Source of the DNA: a virus
Taxonomy: Duplodnaviria > Caudoviricetes
Strand: one strand, 5' to 3'
Virus record (IMG/VR): IMGVR_UViG_3300023107_000002
Location: 4,746-68,745 of that record
Length of the DNA: 64,000 nucleotides
The notes beneath the pieces were generated by a model, which worked only from the letters and a program-made list of their open reading frames with translations, had not been told where the DNA came from and ran no database searches. Position numbers and translations under genes: made by a program. Below are positions 36,653 through 45,489 of the stretch, one piece after another (the stretch's first letter is position 1; each line of letters starts with the position of its first letter).

Positions 36653-37261
36653 CTAATTGATACCGGCAATAATTTTACCTGTATTCAGGTCTTTATAGAT
36701 TAACCTATAATCGTGTATGCGATCAATCCAAATCAGGTCCAGCAATTCAACGTTATCTGAGCGAAAAGCAATCTTTTGAGTGAACCTGTAGTAAACATTT
36801 GAGGCTGTCTGGTCAACTCCGCCCCATTGTTCCGGCTGCCAATCTCCGTTTGCCTGTATCTGCCACCCGTGATCCTTACCAATTTTAGCGAAGATGTTTA
36901 ACACGTCTGCCCGGTATTTGTAATCGGTTAAAGTGTGCGCTGTTTGGCGTGAGCATTGAACGTACTTAGCACATGCAACCTCTTTTACTTCTCCATTTGG
37001 CAGAACATCGAGCGCATGTGAAGTATGAATATACATATCGTCCATTGAATCAAAATAGCCGTATTGTCTGCGTTTAACGATGTTTTCTACCTCGTTGTAA
37101 GTTGGTCCGAAGATCCATTTAACATCTACTGAGTTGCCACCCGCGAAATTTTCAGACTTAACGCTGAATTTAGTTGTTGGGTATTTGGCTTTCAAGATTG
37201 CTTTAATCTCTTTGGCTGCCTGTGCTGATTCTGATTTGATTTTCATTTTGCTTGTTACCAT
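36653..37261 (-). CDS. LPD29 (large polyvalent protein-associated domain 29) protein
   Basis: AKEIKAILKAKYPTTKFSVKSENFAGGNSVDVKW..GPT...GYFDSMDDMY. Confidence 0.8.
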   Translation of the reverse strand: MVTSKMKIKSESAQAAKEIKAILKAKYPTTKFSVKSENFAGGNSVDVKWIFGPTYNEVENIVKRRQYGYFDSMDDMYIHTSHALDVLPNGEVKEVACAKYVQCSRQTAHTLTDYKYRADVLNIFAKIGKDHGWQIQANGDWQPEQWGGVDQTASNVYYRFTQKIAFRSDNVELLDLIWIDRIHDYRLIYKDLNTGKIIAGIN

Positions 37262-37299
37262 TGTTATACTGTTGGCATCAGTTTTTGAAGTGTTGTTGA

Positions 37300-37548
37300 T
37301 TATTTAGAAGCAATCTGGTTTTGTAACATATCGTCTAACTGATCATAGTCCAGTTCAGGATGTTCCATGTGCAGTTTGTCGATCTGATAGCAGTCTGATT
37401 CCTCTTGGCATTCTTCCTGATCATGTACATAATTTACCTGGCCTTTGTACGGGCATAACTCCCACTGGCAGGAATGAGAAACCAGGGCATAAATTACGAT
37501 GGAAACGAAAGTGAAAACAATAACGATTTGAAGTACTTTGTTTTTCAT
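37300..37548 (-). CDS. Small protein with N-terminal TM segment
   Basis: VLQIVIVFTFVSIVIYALVS; first gene of leftward operon. Confidence 0.6.
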   Translation of the reverse strand: MKNKVLQIVIVFTFVSIVIYALVSHSCQWELCPYKGQVNYVHDQEECQEESDCYQIDKLHMEHPELDYDQLDDMLQNQIASK

Positions 37549-37598
37549 GTGTTTGTCGCCCCTTTTTTATCGGTGGGCATCCGTTTTTGTTTGTTGAT

Positions 37599-37627
37599 GA
37601 TGTAAATATATGTTGCTATATCGCAAC
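37599..37627 (-). promoter_or_regulatory. Leftward promoter -7-like element with adjacent palindrome
   Basis: Minus-strand TATATTTACATC (same 12-mer as upstream of cro); gttgc-tatatc-gcaac at 37612-37627. Confidence 0.55.
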
Positions 37628-37752
37628 TAACAAGGATTTACCAAACTATTTTAAAAATATTTTTTCAGCCTATTATTCTAATTTATCGAAACTCAACGCT
37701 GCAAAGGATTACAGGCCATATCACCACCAGAAAAATATTTCGTATCTTACAC

Positions 37753-37767
37753 GTTACGAATCATAAC
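37753..37767 (+). promoter_or_regulatory. 15-bp motif GTTACGAATCATAAC, copy 1 of 6
   Basis: Exact copy ending 2 nt before the AAA ATPase ATG. Confidence 0.8.
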
Positions 37768-37769
37768 TC

Positions 37770-38783
37770 ATGCCCTATAATAAATCGGACCTGCGTAGAC
37801 TACTCGAAGAATCAGATATTAACCTGATTGATCCTATCTCTATCCCGGAATCTCTCATTGAGTTTAATAGCGCACCTGTCGCAACACTTGGTAACTTCTC
37901 AGCCATTATAGGTAGGGCAAAATCAAAGAAAACATACTTCCTGACTTATCTCATGGCTCAGGCGTTTAAATCAACCACAAAAAAGATCAATATAACCAGA
38001 CCAAAGGGGAAATCTGGTGTTGTATTATTCGATACAGAACAATCATCAACCAGGACCCAAAAAAACATAAATACCCTGGGTAAAATGTGTTCTGACAGTG
38101 AAATTGATCTGAAGATTAAAAACCTGCGTAAACATCAGCCATCATTAAGAGCAGAACTGATTGAACAATACTTAGAAGATAATCATGAGGACATCTGCTT
38201 GGTTGTTCTCGATGGCGTAAAGGATTTGGTTAACTCGATCAACAATGAAGAACAAGCAACATATATTGTTAGTAAACTCCTGCAATGGACTGACGTATAT
38301 AACGTACACATTATTGTAGTGCTTCACCAGAATAAAGCCGACTCAAACGCTCGTGGTCATCTTGGGACTGAAATAGTGAACAAGGCTGAATCAGTGATAG
38401 AAGTGATGAAGGATCAACACAATAAAGACATCAGCCATATTAAATGTGTATTTGCTCGTGATAAAGAGTTTGAACCTCTTACGCTGTTGATCAAGCCGGA
38501 TGGAATACCAGAACTGATAGAAGATCGAAAAGTTTTCAAATCTACACAGGACAAATACGATGACAGCGATCTAGTGCAAACCATTCTGACTGATATCTTT
38601 TCAGAATACCCCTCTCTCACTTATGGGTCACTCAAAAGCCAGTTGAAACAACATTGCATCAAGAATAGTCTGTCACACCACGACAAAAAACTGGTTGCAA
38701 TTATTGCCGAAAACAAGCAAAATGGCAATTTAACCACGAAAAAAGGTGCAAAAAACACAACTATATATCAATCAATACTTTAG
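37770..38783 (+). CDS. AAA_25/RecA-like P-loop ATPase (RepA-type helicase-like)
   Basis: Walker A IGRAKSKKT, FDTEQS, LDGVKDL, VLHQNK, RGHLGTE. Confidence 0.88.
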   Translation: MPYNKSDLRRLLEESDINLIDPISIPESLIEFNSAPVATLGNFSAIIGRAKSKKTYFLTYLMAQAFKSTTKKINITRPKGKSGVVLFDTEQSSTRTQKNINTLGKMCSDSEIDLKIKNLRKHQPSLRAELIEQYLEDNHEDICLVVLDGVKDLVNSINNEEQATYIVSKLLQWTDVYNVHIIVVLHQNKADSNARGHLGTEIVNKAESVIEVMKDQHNKDISHIKCVFARDKEFEPLTLLIKPDGIPELIEDRKVFKSTQDKYDDSDLVQTILTDIFSEYPSLTYGSLKSQLKQHCIKNSLSHHDKKLVAIIAENKQNGNLTTKKGAKNTTIYQSIL

Positions 38784-38886
38784 GTGTTGGTGTGGTGTTG
38801 GTGTGGTGTTAGGGAATGTTTAGTGTGGTGTTGGTGTATGTGCGTATATATAGTACGCACTATACCCACACTGACTCACACTGACT
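38783..38886. repeat. Iteron-like 11-bp repeats, palindrome and 10-bp tandem repeat
   Basis: GGTGTTGGTGT at 38783, 38794, partial 38805, and 38827; GTGCGTA-N7-TACGCAC 38840-38860; CACACTGACT x2 at 38867-38886. Confidence 0.85.
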
Positions 38887-38895
38887 GGAATACAT

Positions 38896-39252
38896 TTATC
38901 TATCATAACGCTCTTTCCTTGCTGTTGTCTCGATCAGATTCAACGTGTTCATTCCTTGTACAGACACTTTATATCTCAATGGCTTAAGATCAACAGTTAT
39001 TAAAAACCCTCTTGTACATAATTCCCGGCAAACGTCATATAACCTCTCTGAACTGGCTCCATGACCACAATGCGTTAACAGCTGATCAACTACACTTACT
39101 TCGACAAATTTATTCTGAGCATCATTGATCGCAAATGCGTACAATATGTTAGCCTGTAATATACTTAGTGAACCGTATTTCTTTGAGTACTTCCTTAAAG
39201 CCTTCTTGAATAGAAAAGCTCTGGTAAAATTGCGATAGCTGGCTTTGGTCAT
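38896..39252 (-). CDS. Winged-helix-like protein
   Basis: LYDVCRELCTRGFLITVDLKPLRYKVSVQG. Confidence 0.6.
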   Translation of the reverse strand: MTKASYRNFTRAFLFKKALRKYSKKYGSLSILQANILYAFAINDAQNKFVEVSVVDQLLTHCGHGASSERLYDVCRELCTRGFLITVDLKPLRYKVSVQGMNTLNLIETTARKERYDR

Positions 39253-39566
39253 AATCCAAGTTTTGATAGTATACCCTTGTGTAAACGTGGGGATTCTTGT
39301 ATATAATACAGGGTTGATCGATTTACAGGGACTTTTGTAGGTGATAGAAAGGTGGAAGACATTAAACGCAGTTATTCAACGACAACCGCAGCAACATTGC
39401 AATTATAACCCACATCACACATCTGATCCATAGACCCAGGCTGCGTTTCCCCTGTCTAATTACCTGACATATAGGCAATTTCCCCCTGATTTGCCCTAAA
39501 GTTCCCCAATGTGACAAATCCGTTTATTTTAAATCATTGACAATCAATGAAATCACGTTTTTGAAT

Positions 39567-39594
39567 TGTCCATATAATTACGATTATGTTAAGT
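39567..39594 (+). other. dif-like XerCD site
   Basis: tgtccatataa-ttacga-ttatgttaagt; right arm matches the E. coli XerD arm TTATGTTAAAT at 10/11, left arm 7/11, 6-bp spacer. Confidence 0.7.
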
Positions 39595-39686
39595 AGCTAT
39601 TTGGAATTTGAAATCGGCAAAGTTCGACCCACCCCTTTGCCAGTTTCCGTTTCCCTTTCCGCGATGAACCCGGTGCTATAATACAC

Positions 39687-39929
39687 TTACCCCAAATCAG
39701 TATCCACACATTGCTTTTTTGCTTCTTTACCATCATCAGCAAACTCCAGTGCCTTGCTGCATGTTGAATACATCACTGAGATAAACGAGAGGAATTTCAC
39801 TATAAACCAACCTAAAGAATCTCCGTTTCGAATAGAAGCATTCAGGACATCATCTGCAATAAAAGACATCGTCAGAAAGCCTCCTGTCAAAACGATAGCA
39901 AGCAATATTCTCCAATGTTTATTTTTCAT
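39687..39929 (-). CDS. Two-TM membrane protein
   Basis: Two hydrophobic segments. Confidence 0.55.
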   Translation of the reverse strand: MKNKHWRILLAIVLTGGFLTMSFIADDVLNASIRNGDSLGWFIVKFLSFISVMYSTCSKALEFADDGKEAKKQCVDTDLG

Positions 39930-39941
39930 ACTCTAAATTTT

Positions 39942-40310
39942 CTAATCCACCCTAACCCACATCTTCCGATCCAGGTTGAGTGTATAAATGCGTACCGGTT
40001 TATTGAGTGCTCGTGCTTTACTAATCGCATCGAGTGATCCACCAGACACGCCATCCCAGAAAGCAACCATTTCGTCACAGTCAGCGGCTATTATACCATT
40101 CCTGACCTTCGGCGCTTTGTATCGACCATAAGTCTCGTAATCAGGCAAATGCTCTGTAAAGGGGATATTATTGCGTTTAGCGTAATCTACTGCCAGTGAA
40201 TCAACGCCGACTGCTCCACCAGATACAACGTGCTGCAGTTTAAGCGCATCGAATGTTCGGTCTGAGATGTGTTTGATCGAGCGAGATCCTATGACGGCTG
40301 TTTTACGCAT
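39942..40310 (-). CDS. SLOG (YspA/DUF2493-like) protein
   Basis: AVIGSR, VVSGGAVGVDSLA, APKVRN, VAFWDGVSGGS. Confidence 0.88.
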   Translation of the reverse strand: MRKTAVIGSRSIKHISDRTFDALKLQHVVSGGAVGVDSLAVDYAKRNNIPFTEHLPDYETYGRYKAPKVRNGIIAADCDEMVAFWDGVSGGSLDAISKARALNKPVRIYTLNLDRKMWVRVD

Positions 40311-40527
40311 GAGGTCTGTTGCCAGCGAACCTACATAACACTCGCATAAGCCTGTCGAGGTAGGGTTTCGCTTCTTCTAACGAACCGGCTAATTGTATGT
40401 ACGCACGTTCAATCTCCTTCCAATTCGTTATCCTCGGCGCATTCGGGTCAATCTTCCAGGTGTTGTTCATGGCGTTTGTTTTGTGATCCAAGACTTGAAA
40501 GCATTTTAAATTGGGCAAAGACGCCAA
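40303..40527 (-). CDS. Hypothetical protein (true start probably internal)
   Basis: Operon ORF overlapping neighbour. Confidence 0.45.
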   Translation of the reverse strand: MASLPNLKCFQVLDHKTNAMNNTWKIDPNAPRITNWKEIERAYIQLAGSLEEAKPYLDRLMRVLCRFAGNRPHA

Positions 40528-40654
40528 TAATAGCCGCTGCCCATCCTAGCATGCCACTTAGTTCGTGATTGTAAATACACAGAACTTCGTTTGACCCATA
40601 CAAAACAAGCAGAAAATACATTAACCGTTTTCGGTTACTCTTAGTTTCTTTCAT
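40448..40654 (-). CDS. Small membrane protein
   Basis: Hydrophobic segments. Confidence 0.45.
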   Translation of the reverse strand: MKETKSNRKRLMYFLLVLYGSNEVLCIYNHELSGMLGWAAAIIGVFAQFKMLSSLGSQNKRHEQHLED

Positions 40655-40703
40655 TCAGTTCATTTACCCCACATCAACAGCTGCAGGGATAGTTCGAGAT
40701 CGG

Positions 40704-41021
40704 TCATGGCAATCCAATATAAGCAGGTTCATACATCGCTTCGAAAGCAGCCTTTCGCATGACGTACTTTGTGTTATCGGTTCTGGTGATAACGTAATCG
40801 TCCGGCAGCACCGGAATAGAATCGCCAACGTAAGGTATCGACACAAGCCAGTCGTCTTGATCAATCACCTGGGTGTAGAAGTGCGCGAACAGATCGAGCG
40901 CTGCAGGAATCGGGTTAACGTCAAGCGTGTCCGACGTAAACGAAATAAAGCCGTCTTCCATGCCTTGTTGGTATGGATCAGCTTCGATTGTCGGTCCGGG
41001 CTTTAATTGGTATGTTGCCAT
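40704..41021 (-). CDS. Conserved phage protein (PGDYII-type)
   Basis: VLPDDYVITRTDNTKYVMRKAAFEAMYEP. Confidence 0.7.
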   Translation of the reverse strand: MATYQLKPGPTIEADPYQQGMEDGFISFTSDTLDVNPIPAALDLFAHFYTQVIDQDDWLVSIPYVGDSIPVLPDDYVITRTDNTKYVMRKAAFEAMYEPAYIGLP

Positions 41022-41195
41022 TATGCTTGTTTAAGAATTTCAGCGTCAATGTCTGCCAACAATCGCTCGTAATCTCCGTCGTGCTGGATATAATACACTT
41101 GAGCATTCCACCAAATATTATCAATCTCCTGCCTATCAGAGATTATGTATTCCCTGAACTCGGGTAACGATTCGCAAACAGTAGTATTCCCCATA

Positions 41196-41468
41196 TCAAT
41201 TCAGTTTCAGTAAAACATTCTCTTTCCTCACTAGCCTGCACTTCACACCGCCTTCCTCAACTTCTATCCCGGCATTCTCTTCATACAGGACTTTATCACC
41301 CGGAAGTAGTACAGTCTCTTCGTCAAGCAGCAAGCCTTCGCCAACCGCCCGGACAAACCCGGTGTTCTGTTTTTGTTTTGCTGTAGGGGGAATGATGATA
41401 CCGCCTGAAGTTTTATCGCCAGGCACAATAGGTTCGATTAAAACGCGGTCGCCGATTGGTTTGATCAT
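41196..41468 (-). CDS. groES: Co-chaperonin GroES
   Basis: IKPIGDRVLIE, KTSGGIIIP, GFVRAVGEG, PGDKVLY. Confidence 0.92.
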   Translation of the reverse strand: MIKPIGDRVLIEPIVPGDKTSGGIIIPPTAKQKQNTGFVRAVGEGLLLDEETVLLPGDKVLYEENAGIEVEEGGVKCRLVRKENVLLKLN

Positions 41469-41469
41469 A

Positions 41470-41727
41470 TTAGGAATTTTGTTTTTTAAGTCCTATTAAG
41501 ACCTCTTTTGCTTTGTCCCAAGCAGACAGCCATTCATGAGGCATAGCAAAAGCGTTGACCGTCCCTTCAGAGTCCTGCAATACTTCGCCAGCATTTTTAT
41601 CTTGCTCATGCAGGCTAAAAAGTATCTCTAAAACTTCCATTGGCGAAGGATTTGTATCGCCTTTGTTTTTCTCTTTGTAAAAACGATTGTCCAATTGGTT
41701 CATGTTATAATCTGTTTTTGTATTCAA
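41470..41727 (-). CDS. Hypothetical protein
   Basis: Operon ORF. Confidence 0.55.
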   Translation of the reverse strand: MNTKTDYNMNQLDNRFYKEKNKGDTNPSPMEVLEILFSLHEQDKNAGEVLQDSEGTVNAFAMPHEWLSAWDKAKEVLIGLKKQNS

Positions 41728-41920
41728 TAATTTTATCCTTCCAATTTTTAAACCCCATGAATTTTAAAACAGTTTCGTTCAGCTCAATGTCACATGGCAA
41801 ACAAATCGGCCTGTACGTGTTATTGTCGGAACAGATTTGCCATTGAAAGGTAGCGGTTGCTTGACAGCGAAAACACTTCATTCGCCTGATACCGATTTGA
41901 GTGTATGGCTTCTTTCTCAT
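41705..41920 (-). CDS. Small zinc-finger protein
   Basis: CFRC...WQICSD...CLPCD. Confidence 0.65.
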   Translation of the reverse strand: MRKKPYTQIGIRRMKCFRCQATATFQWQICSDNNTYRPICLPCDIELNETVLKFMGFKNWKDKIIEYKNRL

Positions 41921-42237
41921 TTGAATCGTGTTGTCGGGGAAGGATAAGGGAGTGTTACCAGCACTTTGCCCCTTACCTATATTCCCTTTTGCTTACGAGG
42001 CTATTTTGAACAACGTATGTGACTATACGCATTTGTCGTTTTAATCCACCAATGGTACACCGAGTCTGTTCCTTTTTTAATCTTGCAACCGCACTCATAA
42101 CAAACACGGTCACGTTTTGAACGGACGATCTTCGGCAGGTTTTCATTTTTCATGGCTTGTTTTAAAAAACCCAAGCCGTGGAGAACGGCTCAGGGGTAAA
42201 TCTTAAATTTCCAATACCTATGTGAAAGAGATTTAAA

Positions 42238-42339
42238 GTTACGAATCATAACGCAATAAGTAAGCATTTTTATCCCACTTTATTTGATCCAAATAATCTT
42301 GCCGTAATATTTACAGGGGTAAAGGTTACGAATCATAAC
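42238..42339. promoter_or_regulatory. Divergent control region with 15-bp motif copies 2 (42238-42252) and 3 (42325-42339)
   Basis: Two exact GTTACGAATCATAAC copies between the leftward operon and the late operon. Confidence 0.8.
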
Positions 42340-42340
42340 T

Positions 42341-43222
42341 TTGGGGCTTATGGTGTACCCAAAATCCCCGGTCAATACTATTCTCGTGCAGATCGAAAAA
42401 AAGTATGAGGATGAAATCATTACGGGTAGTGGCATAAAGTTATACAAGGACACATCGTACAACCCGGAATGGAACGTTACCGCTACGGGCAAAGTCGTTT
42501 CTGTTCCTGCAAGGTTGGCTGATCGTGTTACGGAGGCCGGGACGTTCGTTGCTGGTGATTCTCCTACGCTGATTGTGCCTGATGTGCAGGTCGGGGATGA
42601 ATTATTCTTCGGCTACAGCGTGATTGAGGACAAAGACTACATAAACAGCCCGGACGCTTTCCGGGAAGTCGAGGATAGCCAGTCAACGCTATACTCCAAC
42701 AGCAAAAAAGAACAGCTGCGTTTACAGAAACTCTCAAAGAATCTCGCTATCTGCATCTGGACGGACGCGAATAACAAAAGACTCGGTGGATACCAGGGCA
42801 AACCGGACGAATGTATCAAATGGTTGCAGCAGAATTTCACGTTTGCGGGTGATGACAACTTGGTTTACAAAAACCTGCTGCCTTACAACGGCGAAGATTA
42901 CTGGATGGTGAACTACCTCGAAGCAAAAGGCGTGAAAAGAGACGGTGAGATCATCATGCTTGCGGGAAATGTTCTTTGTGAAGCGCCGGAAGAATCAACA
43001 GGCTTTGAACTGGACGAAAACAAACTGCTTCATACGGTAAAAAAGGTTGACAAGAGTATACTAACCGTTGTTGCGACAGGGAAGCCGCTTAAAAATGAAC
43101 CGGAGTTAGGGTTGCAATCCGGTGATAAAATCAAAGTAAACGCAGATCACGTTCAAACATATACCGTCTGGGGTAAAGAATACGCCATGATCGATCAAAG
43201 ATCAATATTCGGCAAATTATGA
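42341..43222 (+). CDS. Tandem GroES-like protein (two GroES folds plus insert); start may be ATG 42350
   Basis: N-terminal NTILVQIEKKYEDEIITGSGIKLY..GKVVSVP..VQVGDELFF; C-terminal LTVVATG...GDKIKV...GKEYAMID. Confidence 0.75.
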   Translation: MGLMVYPKSPVNTILVQIEKKYEDEIITGSGIKLYKDTSYNPEWNVTATGKVVSVPARLADRVTEAGTFVAGDSPTLIVPDVQVGDELFFGYSVIEDKDYINSPDAFREVEDSQSTLYSNSKKEQLRLQKLSKNLAICIWTDANNKRLGGYQGKPDECIKWLQQNFTFAGDDNLVYKNLLPYNGEDYWMVNYLEAKGVKRDGEIIMLAGNVLCEAPEESTGFELDENKLLHTVKKVDKSILTVVATGKPLKNEPELGLQSGDKIKVNADHVQTYTVWGKEYAMIDQRSIFGKL

Positions 43223-43875
43223 CACTGAAAGAGATACATGATTTCATTCTGCTTGTCATTGACAAAGAAATATCTGGATGGGTGCGTCCGGAAGATATCG
43301 ATCAAGCGCTTGACAGGTCGAGCATGTCGATATTTCGCGCCATGCTGAAAGGGTATGCTAAAAATCAGGAATATCAGGACGCATTATCTCCGTTTAAAAC
43401 ACCACACGTTTTTACAAATACAACATCGAGCGCCGGGGTGATCACACTTCCTGAAAATTATGTTCATCTGCTTTCTATAACAGCGCTCATATTCGACAAT
43501 GACACCGAAGCAAACAGGCAATTACCTGTCGAGGTCGTCAATGCGGATGAACTGGCTGAAAGACTTGGATCACAATTAAAGCCGGTCACTTCGAATAAAC
43601 CCATCGCGCATTTTATAGGCAAAGGCAAACTGCAGTTGTTCCCATCGAAACCAGCGGTCGGACAAGTTTGGTATCTCAAACGGCCAAACAAGCCTGAGTT
43701 TAAATACACGCAATCAGGCAGGGCGGTTACATACAACCCGTCTACTTCCGTTCAACTCGAATGGGGCGAAGTAGAAACGAACGCTGTGATTTACCAGGCA
43801 TTGCAACTTCTCGGAGTGAATCTGTCTGACGAGCAGATGGTTCAGTACACTCAACTTAAACTATCTGAAGCGTGA
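43219..43875 (+). CDS. Tail ring/tubular adaptor protein 1
   Basis: Size and position before nozzle gene; VITLPENYVH, QLFP, WYLKRP..P pattern. Confidence 0.6.
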   Translation: MTLKEIHDFILLVIDKEISGWVRPEDIDQALDRSSMSIFRAMLKGYAKNQEYQDALSPFKTPHVFTNTTSSAGVITLPENYVHLLSITALIFDNDTEANRQLPVEVVNADELAERLGSQLKPVTSNKPIAHFIGKGKLQLFPSKPAVGQVWYLKRPNKPEFKYTQSGRAVTYNPSTSVQLEWGEVETNAVIYQALQLLGVNLSDEQMVQYTQLKLSEA

Positions 43876-44504
43876 TAACCATTGGCAAAATAACAGAACA
43901 GGCTAAACGGCTGATCAAAGGCGGCAATCCGTCTGCGGGTAGCAATGTCTGGTCTGAAGAGATCCGGGAATACATCGGACAGTGCGTCAACAAGATGCTC
44001 AAATCGGAAGTGTTTACAACTGTACTACAGACCGGCGAAACAATACCGTCTGGTTGCATGCTCGCTACGTACAACGGCATTCCTGTGGAACAATACAAAA
44101 AGACCAGTCGGGCGAAACTCCCGGCGATGCCTGTCAGCCTGCCTCGCAACATGGGATTGTTCTATGTGGGAGATGATAGCGATGACGCTTGTGAATACAT
44201 TCCGCTTCAACCCGGCCAGCGCAGGATTGTTTCTACGCAGTCGCTCTTAAACGAACTGTTGGGCATCACCTACGAACCGGAAGAAGGACATGTAGTATTC
44301 TCAAAAGACCTGTCAGATAAAACAGTCTGCATCAAACTCGTAGTTATGGACGCCTCAAAGTATGGCGACTATGATATTTTGCCACTGGCTCCCGATATGG
44401 AAAAAGACGTGATTGATATGGTGGTTGCAAGATTTACAAATCAGCCATCGCCGGATAAGATCGAAGACAGTGGGTCAGAACCAACTAAACAGCGAGGCCG
44501 ATGA
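43872..44504 (+). CDS. Tail ring/adaptor protein 2
   Basis: Position and size in late operon. Confidence 0.55.
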   Translation: MITIGKITEQAKRLIKGGNPSAGSNVWSEEIREYIGQCVNKMLKSEVFTTVLQTGETIPSGCMLATYNGIPVEQYKKTSRAKLPAMPVSLPRNMGLFYVGDDSDDACEYIPLQPGQRRIVSTQSLLNELLGITYEPEEGHVVFSKDLSDKTVCIKLVVMDASKYGDYDILPLAPDMEKDVIDMVVARFTNQPSPDKIEDSGSEPTKQRGR

Positions 44505-44809
44505 ACAGCAATTTAAAGCAAGAAATGAATTCAAACTTTTCACTAGGAGATGCGGTTTGTGTCAACCTAGGAGTTGCGGGATGTGTTATTGGAGAGATAT
44601 CAGGAGTTACTTTTAAATCCGGTCTTGTTAATTACAATGTTGTGGTTAGGCCATTTACGGACGAGGATGGCAATGAAAATATTACAGTAGAGCTCAACGA
44701 CATAAGAAGCTATTTTATAGAAGAACCTACAGCAAGATTTCAAAAAGCCATTTATCCTAATGGGCGTAATGGGAAAAGTGAAGTAGGTCTCAAATTAGCA
44801 CTCAACTGA
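44501..44809 (+). CDS. Hypothetical AT-richer gene inserted between ring genes
   Basis: Overlaps both neighbours; visibly more AT-rich. Confidence 0.55.
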   Translation: MNSNLKQEMNSNFSLGDAVCVNLGVAGCVIGEISGVTFKSGLVNYNVVVRPFTDEDGNENITVELNDIRSYFIEEPTARFQKAIYPNGRNGKSEVGLKLALN

Positions 44810-45489
44810 TGAGATACAAATCACTTCATGAAATAGCCAACAGCGTACTCTTTCAAAAGGGCTACAGTATCCACTGGTACGTTCAAGTGCTGAAACATGC
44901 GGCTGACTGTTTACGTGAACTGCAGTTTGACGTGATCGGGAATATTCGCACGAGAAAACTTGAACTGAATAATTACGGATCGGTTGAACTGCCTTGCGAT
45001 TACGTGGATTACGTGCGTATCGGTACACCGTGGGGCGGGAACGTACGACCTGCAGCGCTTTCGTTCGGAGGCAATCGGTTGGTTAACCTGGATGAGAAGG
45101 GTAATAAAGTTCCATACGGCGGATCAAACTGGACCTACGGCAATGAATACGGCGCGTGGCTTTACCCGGATGGATTACATCTGACACCTCAGCGCGAAAC
45201 GGACGGCTTTATGATAGTCAACGAGCGGCGCGAAGTTCAGTTTACAAATTACCGGGAGGGCGGTTTTATTATTCTGGATTACATAACGGATGGATCAGAG
45301 ATTGACAATGCGACGCAAGTTGACCCATACGCGCAAAAAACTATTGAAACGTACGCAGAATGGAAAATGAAAATCGGCAGCGAAGACGAATACAATAAAC
45401 AGTACCGGATACTCAGGGGCAGGAAAAACGACATAACCCCGGCCAGTGTACGCGCAAGTATGCAGGCTGCTTATGGTAAAGTGAAATGA
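44809..45489 (+). CDS. Tail ring/adaptor protein 3
   Basis: VELPCDYVDYVRIG; IILDYITDG; precedes nozzle. Confidence 0.6.
   Translation: MRYKSLHEIANSVLFQKGYSIHWYVQVLKHAADCLRELQFDVIGNIRTRKLELNNYGSVELPCDYVDYVRIGTPWGGNVRPAALSFGGNRLVNLDEKGNKVPYGGSNWTYGNEYGAWLYPDGLHLTPQRETDGFMIVNERREVQFTNYREGGFIILDYITDGSEIDNATQVDPYAQKTIETYAEWKMKIGSEDEYNKQYRILRGRKNDITPASVRASMQAAYGKVK

Noticed and set aside
38783-38886. CRISPR array
   Set aside because: Repeats are 10-11 bp, adjacent, with no spacers and no cas genes.
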